DNA of 64,000 bases from Terrimicrobiaceae bacterium (lineage in GTDB: Bacteria; Verrucomicrobiota; Verrucomicrobiia; Chthoniobacterales; Terrimicrobiaceae). Below the pieces are notes generated by a model. That model was not told the origin of the DNA and did no database searches. It saw only the letters and a program-made list of their open reading frames with translations. Below, one piece after another: positions 58,455-64,000 of the stretch. The translations under genes were made by a program, and so were the position numbers. Location: NCBI GenBank assembly GCA_041752695.1, contig JBGSVZ010000031.1, positions 32,001-96,000 on the forward strand. The letters are read 5' to 3'. Position 1 is the stretch's first letter; the number at the start of each line of letters is the position of its first letter.

Positions 58455-61400
58455 TTAGGGATCGAGGTATTCGAAGTAGGACGTTTCGGTGGTCAGGTAC
58501 GGTTTGAGCGGATTGAACGCCGCACGGACTGTTTGGGTGGATGAGGTTTCATCCGGCGTCGGGACCGAGGCCGGAGAGGGGACCGGCACGGCGTCGGGTC
58601 CGTCGAAGGTGTCGCGCATCAGACCAAAAAGCGGACCGACAAAACCGCCGCCCCCCCTAATCGTTTCGGTGAAGGTTCCAACCGCATCGCTTTTGGCGTT
58701 GCCATAAACTCCGTCCACGCCGGTGTAAGGCCGACGGCGGATAACTCCGAAGAAACGTTTCTCGCCCGTGACCACGATGGCACCATTCGTTGACTGCTGG
58801 ACCGTTTGGGCCACGCCCCAGATGCCAAAGGCGCTGGCCTGGGTGGTCAGGCGGCCCGCCAGGGCGCTGATCAGCGCCTGCTTTTCCCATTTTGTGGCCG
58901 TGCCGCCCAGCACGCCACCCCCGGTTTCCAGCAATGGGATCAACTCACCGCGGTATTTGTAACCGTCCGCCGGCATGGTCGAGGCAATGCTGGCCGCCAG
59001 GGCGGTGGAGTTGACGTTGGTTCCTCCGATCCGCCAGCGGCGGAAGAGGGCGTCGAGGGCTTTAGTGCGCGAGGGGATGCCCCAACTCGTGGGATGGATG
59101 CGCGTGTTGGGATTGATCGTGCCCTGATTGGATCCCAGCGCCATACCCGGCTCGGAGTTGATCAGTTCGAGGGCCAGGTGGTCGGGGATGCCGGTGTCGC
59201 TGGAGGTGAGGTTTAAGTAGAGGTCTCCGGTCGCCGGGATAATGTAAGGAGGAGCGGTCCAGAGATTGGCGAGCTGGCCGGGGGAATAAACGGTGCCTTG
59301 TTCGCCGGGGTTTGTTGTGTAATAGCCCGTGGCTGAGGGGTTTCCGCCGAGTGTGACGAAGGAAAGGGCGCGGATTTCAGGCGAAATGGCAGGCCAGTTA
59401 GAGTTTTTTGCGCCAAGGGTATTTGTCCCCGGGAAGGTTGTTCCTGCAGTCGTGCAGACGGTCCAGGCGTCGGAAAGGGCGCAGCGCCTCGGGTCATCGA
59501 CCTCTACGGTGAAGGCGCGATTGGTTTGTCCATCAGCAACCGTCAGGTTCCCGAGGACGATGAGGGGATTTTGCGGATTTACGGTCAGGAGATTTCCTGC
59601 GGTTAAAGCGGTGTCCTGGAGCGGGCAGTATTGGAAGATTTTGTATTGGTCAATATTGGACGGCTCTTTGACCGCGATCACTTTCAACTGGACGTTGGAC
59701 AAAGTGATCGTGGTGGTGGATGCGGTGAGGGGAATCAAGAAACTCGGATTGATGGCCGAGGGAGTGGTGACATCCTCCGAACGAAATGCCTGATAACTAT
59801 TGGCAGGCAGACGAAGGGTGGAGGTCGCGAGTGGCGTGGGTTCCGCGCTGAGACGCCCGTTTCTTCCTGCGGGTGTCCAATTTGCAGATCCAAGAAGCGG
59901 ATTGGGATTGGAGAGGGTAAAGACAAGATTTGCGCCACTGGCAGTGATGGTCCAACCGGGAAAGGCGGTTGATCCGGCGGTCACCGTGGTGGCAGCGGAG
60001 GGAATTTCAAAACTTGCGGCGGTGGGGATGAGATAGACGCCCGTGGTCGGTGAGGCAGAGTCCCGCAGGAGAATTCCAGCGTCTGTTCCCGTGAGAGTGG
60101 ACACATCCGCGATATTCACTTGGGAGCCGGTGAAGAGTTCGCCCACCAATCTCACGCGAACGTTTTTGTTCGTTCCCGCCGTTTCCCAATTGAGTTCCAA
60201 ACCCAATTCGCTGACGTAGGGATTTCCGCTTTGCGCGAGGTAGCGTCCGCCCGTGCTGGAGGTGGAAACTGAGGGGAAGAGGTCGCTTTTCGCCTGGGGT
60301 TCGCCGGTTGTTCCCGCCCCGGTGCGGCCATAGTTTCCGAGGCCGAAAACCTCGTTTCTGATGGAGCCTCCCCGCATCAGAAAGGCATGTGCCGTCAGCA
60401 TATTCCAGGCAACCTGCTCGGCGAGTTTGGCGCTGTCGGCGGCAGGAAGACCGGCGCGGGCGGCCCATTTTGCGGCCAGACTCGATCCGCTGTAACCGGG
60501 CCATTGTGTGCTTTGAAAAGCGTCCGCCAGTGCCTGGACTGAGTTTTTGTAGTAGGCGAACTCGTTGACGGCGGGGCCTGTTCCGGGAGGGTAACTGCCT
60601 CCTCCCATCGTCATCGGTTCTGCCATAATTTGGTTGGGATCGTCCAGATCCCAGTAGAATTGAAATCCCGGCAGTGTCTTGTTGCGAAACTGCACGCTCG
60701 ACATCCGGTTTTTGGCCAAGGCATTAAATTCCGGCGACTCTCCCCAGACGGAGAGATCAAATTGGTTGGCGTTGAAAAATGCATTCCAGGTGGAGTCGGA
60801 CGCGAAAAATTGCCGGTACTCCCGCGGGTTGGAGATTTGCATGGTGCCAGTCGGATCGGGCAGGCCGGTTGCATTCGAGCCACCGGTCAATCCACTGATA
60901 TCCACCACGCCGGGGCTGCCGGGGGCGAGGCCGCCAAAGACACTGCCGGCCGGGGTGAACGCGGTGTTGCGATTGACGGCGGGCACATAGGATGTGCCGG
61001 ACAGAGCCAGTTCGCTGCGGGTCCCATTTCCCAGTCTCGCGGTGCGCAGATTGATGCGGGTATTTTCCACATCGATCCAATATGCGAACCTTGCGACCAT
61101 GGGGTTGGCCGTGCTGACAGGGAGCGATGGATCCTTCCCCACGGGAATCCAGGCGACGCGCATTGGGGTTCCGGTTGGCTCGATGGGATAGGTTCCATCG
61201 ATGCGTTGGCGGTTGAGATTTGGGTCGTTCGCGTTGGTCGAATCGCCGCTGTAGAGGTTGACCGCAGTGGGCGGGGTGTTGCCCGCTTGGGTCCAGAGGC
61301 GGCCGGGGGCGACCCACCAATGGGTCGGGGTGGCCGGGGCGTTGGGGCCCACGTCGGGGATGTTGCTGGCCAGCAAAGCCTGGGCATGGTTCATGGCGGA

Positions 61401-61580
61401 TTGGGCCACGAGTTCCGCACGGTCGGCTTTGGAATAGCCCGAGGAAAGCGTTCGATCAAACCGCGCGGTCACGGTGAAACCCAGCACCAGCACGGAAAGC
61501 AGCACGATGAGCGACAGGGTAATGACCAGCGCCATGCCTCCGGGACGCGAACGGCGAGGAATGCAGGGACAGTTATTCAT
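58455..61580 (-). CDS. Verru_Chthon cassette protein A-like (giant PilX-like, about 1041 aa)
   Basis: Start MNNCPC overlapping the C stop; PGG|MALVITLSLIVLL; RFAYWIDVENTRINL; LTTQASAFGIWGVAQ; GEKR. Confidence 0.8.
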   Translation of the reverse strand: MNNCPCIPRRSRPGGMALVITLSLIVLLSVLVLGFTVTARFDRTLSSGYSKADRAELVAQSAMNHAQALLASNIPDVGPNAPATPTHWWVAPGRLWTQAGNTPPTAVNLYSGDSTNANDPNLNRQRIDGTYPIEPTGTPMRVAWIPVGKDPSLPVSTANPMVARFAYWIDVENTRINLRTARLGNGTRSELALSGTSYVPAVNRNTAFTPAGSVFGGLAPGSPGVVDISGLTGGSNATGLPDPTGTMQISNPREYRQFFASDSTWNAFFNANQFDLSVWGESPEFNALAKNRMSSVQFRNKTLPGFQFYWDLDDPNQIMAEPMTMGGGSYPPGTGPAVNEFAYYKNSVQALADAFQSTQWPGYSGSSLAAKWAARAGLPAADSAKLAEQVAWNMLTAHAFLMRGGSIRNEVFGLGNYGRTGAGTTGEPQAKSDLFPSVSTSSTGGRYLAQSGNPYVSELGLELNWETAGTNKNVRVRLVGELFTGSQVNIADVSTLTGTDAGILLRDSASPTTGVYLIPTAASFEIPSAATTVTAGSTAFPGWTITASGANLVFTLSNPNPLLGSANWTPAGRNGRLSAEPTPLATSTLRLPANSYQAFRSEDVTTPSAINPSFLIPLTASTTTITLSNVQLKVIAVKEPSNIDQYKIFQYCPLQDTALTAGNLLTVNPQNPLIVLGNLTVADGQTNRAFTVEVDDPRRCALSDAWTVCTTAGTTFPGTNTLGAKNSNWPAISPEIRALSFVTLGGNPSATGYYTTNPGEQGTVYSPGQLANLWTAPPYIIPATGDLYLNLTSSDTGIPDHLALELINSEPGMALGSNQGTINPNTRIHPTSWGIPSRTKALDALFRRWRIGGTNVNSTALAASIASTMPADGYKYRGELIPLLETGGGVLGGTATKWEKQALISALAGRLTTQASAFGIWGVAQTVQQSTNGAIVVTGEKRFFGVIRRRPYTGVDGVYGNAKSDAVGTFTETIRGGGGFVGPLFGLMRDTFDGPDAVPVPSPASVPTPDETSSTQTVRAAFNPLKPYLTTETSYFEYLDP

Positions 61581-62572
61581 TAGCGGGAACCTCTCAAGAT
61601 GGGGAAACGCCGGGTCACGATCACGTATTGTTTCACCTTCCCGCCCAAGGTGTCTTTCAATTCCGTGAGTGCGTTCTGGAAGGCGGCATCGGAGTTGTCG
61701 GCCGGCATGGTGATGGCGGGCACGGCGTTTTGTTCTTTCAAACGACGAAACGCATTGGCTTCGCAGGCCACAAGAGTCACTTCGATTTCCGAGGGCAATC
61801 CATCCGCCACCGGCCACCAGGATGAATTGTAGGCGCGGATCGTGTTGACACCTGATGTGCTGGTCGGCGCGGTTGATTGAAGCAAAGGTGAGGGCAGGGG
61901 AGTCCCGTCCCTGCCGATGGGCCGAACAACGAATCCGATGACCCGTTCGGCCACGGTGGAGGTGACGTTCGCGTCTGTCGAGGCCGCCGCAAATCCGCTG
62001 CCGCTGGCAGGATTTAGCCACGATACCGGTTGGATGAAGTTGGCCAGCTTCGCATCGCGACCAGGAGGGTTGTTGGAGACTGAAGTGTGCCACATTGAAT
62101 AGACAGGAAGATTGGCCGCCGCCATCGCGGGATACGTCGTGTCCGCCGATGTCACGGCCACGCGCCGGAGGGTGTTGTCGTTGGCTGTGAAATATCCGAC
62201 GCAAACCAGCGGCCCTTTGGCAGTGCTGCGGAGAGGAGCAAAGAAGAAAAGGGAGTCCATGGGCACGTCGTCGGCGTCCTTCAGCATCGTGGTGTAACCA
62301 GCCAGCGGAGGATTCACGACCAGCGGGGAACTGGCATAACTTTTAAAATTCCCCTGCATCCCCGCCGGCAGCGCCTCTGCGACGCTCAATTCCCGCCCGA
62401 TCATCTCCACGACCGCGCGGGCGGTCTGGGAGAGCTCCGCGCGCTGATTGCCCGCCGACCAGACCTGCGAGACGTTGCCCAGCAGTCCCACGACAAGGAC
62501 GACGATCAGGGCAAGGATCGCCATGGACACCAGCAGTTCGATCAGGGTGAACGCCTGGCGGAATGGTTTCAT
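61580..62572 (-). CDS. Verru_Chthon cassette protein C-like (PilW/PulJ-like)
   Basis: RQA|FTLIELLVSMAIL; ARAVVEMIGREL; VGYF; LPSEIEVTLV. Confidence 0.8.
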   Translation of the reverse strand: MKPFRQAFTLIELLVSMAILALIVVLVVGLLGNVSQVWSAGNQRAELSQTARAVVEMIGRELSVAEALPAGMQGNFKSYASSPLVVNPPLAGYTTMLKDADDVPMDSLFFFAPLRSTAKGPLVCVGYFTANDNTLRRVAVTSADTTYPAMAAANLPVYSMWHTSVSNNPPGRDAKLANFIQPVSWLNPASGSGFAAASTDANVTSTVAERVIGFVVRPIGRDGTPLPSPLLQSTAPTSTSGVNTIRAYNSSWWPVADGLPSEIEVTLVACEANAFRRLKEQNAVPAITMPADNSDAAFQNALTELKDTLGGKVKQYVIVTRRFPILRGSR

Positions 62573-63138
62573 CGGTCGCCCTCCAGACTTTTTCGATAGA
62601 TTTTTTTTCCCAGCAGGAATCCAAAGTTGGATGTTCGTGCGCCTGTCGGAACGGCACCCGTGGCGGAGTCAACCGGCCAGCTAATGGTCAGACTGACGGC
62701 CCGCAGTTCCTTAGGTGAAACGCCCTGACTGGAAACGCCCGATGCCAGCGGGGCGGCGGGGGGCTTCGCGACGGCTTCGGCCAGAAAAAACGGGGTTCTT
62801 GCGGGGTCGGGCGTGGCCGGGACCGTATAACCAAGAAAGATCCCCTCCTGGGTGAAATAATAGCGCTTCGTGACCCCGGTGGAGAGGTTGGCGGGATTGA
62901 AGGGGGATACCACCGTGGCGGAGGGATCCTCCGCGGAAAAGGCGTCCGTCTCCAAGTCGGAGAAAACGAAGCGGGCGACCAGACCGCAGGCCGTTTCTTC
63001 CTTGGCTTCGCGGGCCGCTCCCAAGCCCACTCCCATTAGTCCAAGCAAGGCCAAGCCGGCCACGGCGATGACGCCGATGGCAATGACGATTTCCACCAGG
63101 GTAAATCCCCGGGATGGTGGGCGGGAGAGGCGGCTCAT
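62569..63138 (-). CDS. Verru_Chthon cassette protein B-like (PilV-like)
   Basis: SRG|FTLVEIVIAIGVIAVAGLALLGLMGVGL; YYFTQEG; ISWP. Confidence 0.82.
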   Translation of the reverse strand: MSRLSRPPSRGFTLVEIVIAIGVIAVAGLALLGLMGVGLGAAREAKEETACGLVARFVFSDLETDAFSAEDPSATVVSPFNPANLSTGVTKRYYFTQEGIFLGYTVPATPDPARTPFFLAEAVAKPPAAPLASGVSSQGVSPKELRAVSLTISWPVDSATGAVPTGARTSNFGFLLGKKIYRKSLEGDR

Positions 63139-63237
63139 GCAAAAACTTAGCGGATCTGTCCTCCAAAGGTTCGCGCATTGGCGGACAATACATGCCGGTT
63201 TGCACGGAAGACAGCAGGTCGCTCCTGGGGGTTGAAC

Positions 63238-63253
63238 ATGTATTTACATTATA
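63238..63253 (-). promoter_or_regulatory. -10 box plus palindromic operator upstream of the cassette
   Basis: Minus-strand TATAAT (63253-63248) overlapping ATGTA-tt-TACAT (63238-63249). Confidence 0.45.
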
Positions 63254-63290
63254 TACTCTTCCCGGGTCTTAAAGGTTCGCTTTGCTTAAA

Positions 63291-64000
63291 CTATCTAGCG
63301 ATTTTGCGTTCGGCTTTGGCTGGTCGGGTTTTGCGGGATCCGAGGGACTGTCCTTCCCGCCAGGTCGGCGGAATATACGTGGCTTGCGACCGTTCGGATG
63401 GTCCAGTGACGTTGGCGAGAATCAACTTGTGAAGATTTTCCATGGCCACGCTGCCGACGCCGTGCCGGTCTTGCAGAATTCCGCTCACCGTGTGATCCTC
63501 AGGCACGGCGTCGAGCGTGCAGACATCGGTTTTTTTGACCAGAGCCGGGTAGTCTTTTGCGAGCCACTGAAACAGGGAGCTCGCGCGCCCCGCCGAGATA
63601 AGCACATCCGGCTTGTGCGTTTTCAAAAAAGAGGCGATTTCCTCCCGCCAGGGGGCCTGTGGCGAAAAATTCACCTCGAAATCGCAAGGTTCGGGGTTGC
63701 CCTGGCATTGTCGCAGCCCAACCAGATACCCGCCGAGAATTTCATGTTGCAGAAAAGCCGGGAACGAGGCGGGCATGAGCAGCGCCGGGCGCTTGTATCC
63801 CTTGCGCCCAATCTGCCGCATCGCCTCCCAAGAGCTGTGAAAGTGATCGCCGCAGACAATCGGGAGGGGAAGTTTCGAATCCCGCGAGACAATGCCAAGT
63901 CCGACGGCGGGAACGAACCCCCAGTCCGCTTTCAGCTGCGAGGGTTCGGAGTCGAGAAACTGAAAAATGATTCCCCGGATGCCCCGGTTCTTGATCACGC
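63291..64000 (-). CDS. LacI-family regulator (3' part, ligand-binding domain)
   Basis: RGIRGII, DHFHS, GYKRPAL, KPDVLIS, SGILQD..VGSVAME, PPTWREG; 5' end outside the window. Confidence 0.78.
   Translation of the reverse strand, partial: VIKNRGIRGIIFQFLDSEPSQLKADWGFVPAVGLGIVSRDSKLPLPIVCGDHFHSSWEAMRQIGRKGYKRPALLMPASFPAFLQHEILGGYLVGLRQCQGNPEPCDFEVNFSPQAPWREEIASFLKTHKPDVLISAGRASSLFQWLAKDYPALVKKTDVCTLDAVPEDHTVSGILQDRHGVGSVAMENLHKLILANVTGPSERSQATYIPPTWREGQSLGSRKTRPAKAERKIAR

Noticed and set aside
61581..62204. N-terminal 208 aa of the 1249-aa ORF
   Set aside because: Overlaps cassette C in another frame; the real start is ATG 61580 before the prepilin-like site.

Overview
GC-rich bacterial chromosomal segment, most likely Verrucomicrobiota (Chthoniobacterales/Spartobacteria-like). 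This assignment is inferred from a Verru_Chthon-type pilin cassette, a PEP-CTERM protein and the style of the conjugation genes. Layout: (1) the 5' part of ppc; (2) a ~20 kb type IV pilus-like locus (secretin, PilT, divergent PilMNOP, PilC, PilB, nine prepilin-like genes including a pilin-DUF4114 fusion, and an embedded HisKA_3/NarL two-component pair), followed convergently by a CBM2-CBM2-GH18 chitinase; (3) housekeeping genes (ilvC/ilvN, selO, accBC, secG, panC, nadB, kup, lipB, ruvC, GT9, fur, argH) plus two RNA genes absent from the ORF track, rnpB and ffs; (4) a ~9 kb degenerate integrative conjugative element after argH (tyrosine integrase, HipBA, excisionase, truncated VirB4/VirB10 with an mrr scar, LytS/LytTR); (5) a Verru_Chthon B-C-A-D cassette split by a stand-alone CBM-like gene, next to a LacI regulator. 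There is no CRISPR array, rRNA, recognisable tRNA or reverse transcriptase. All calls are by eye from motifs; no database searches were run.
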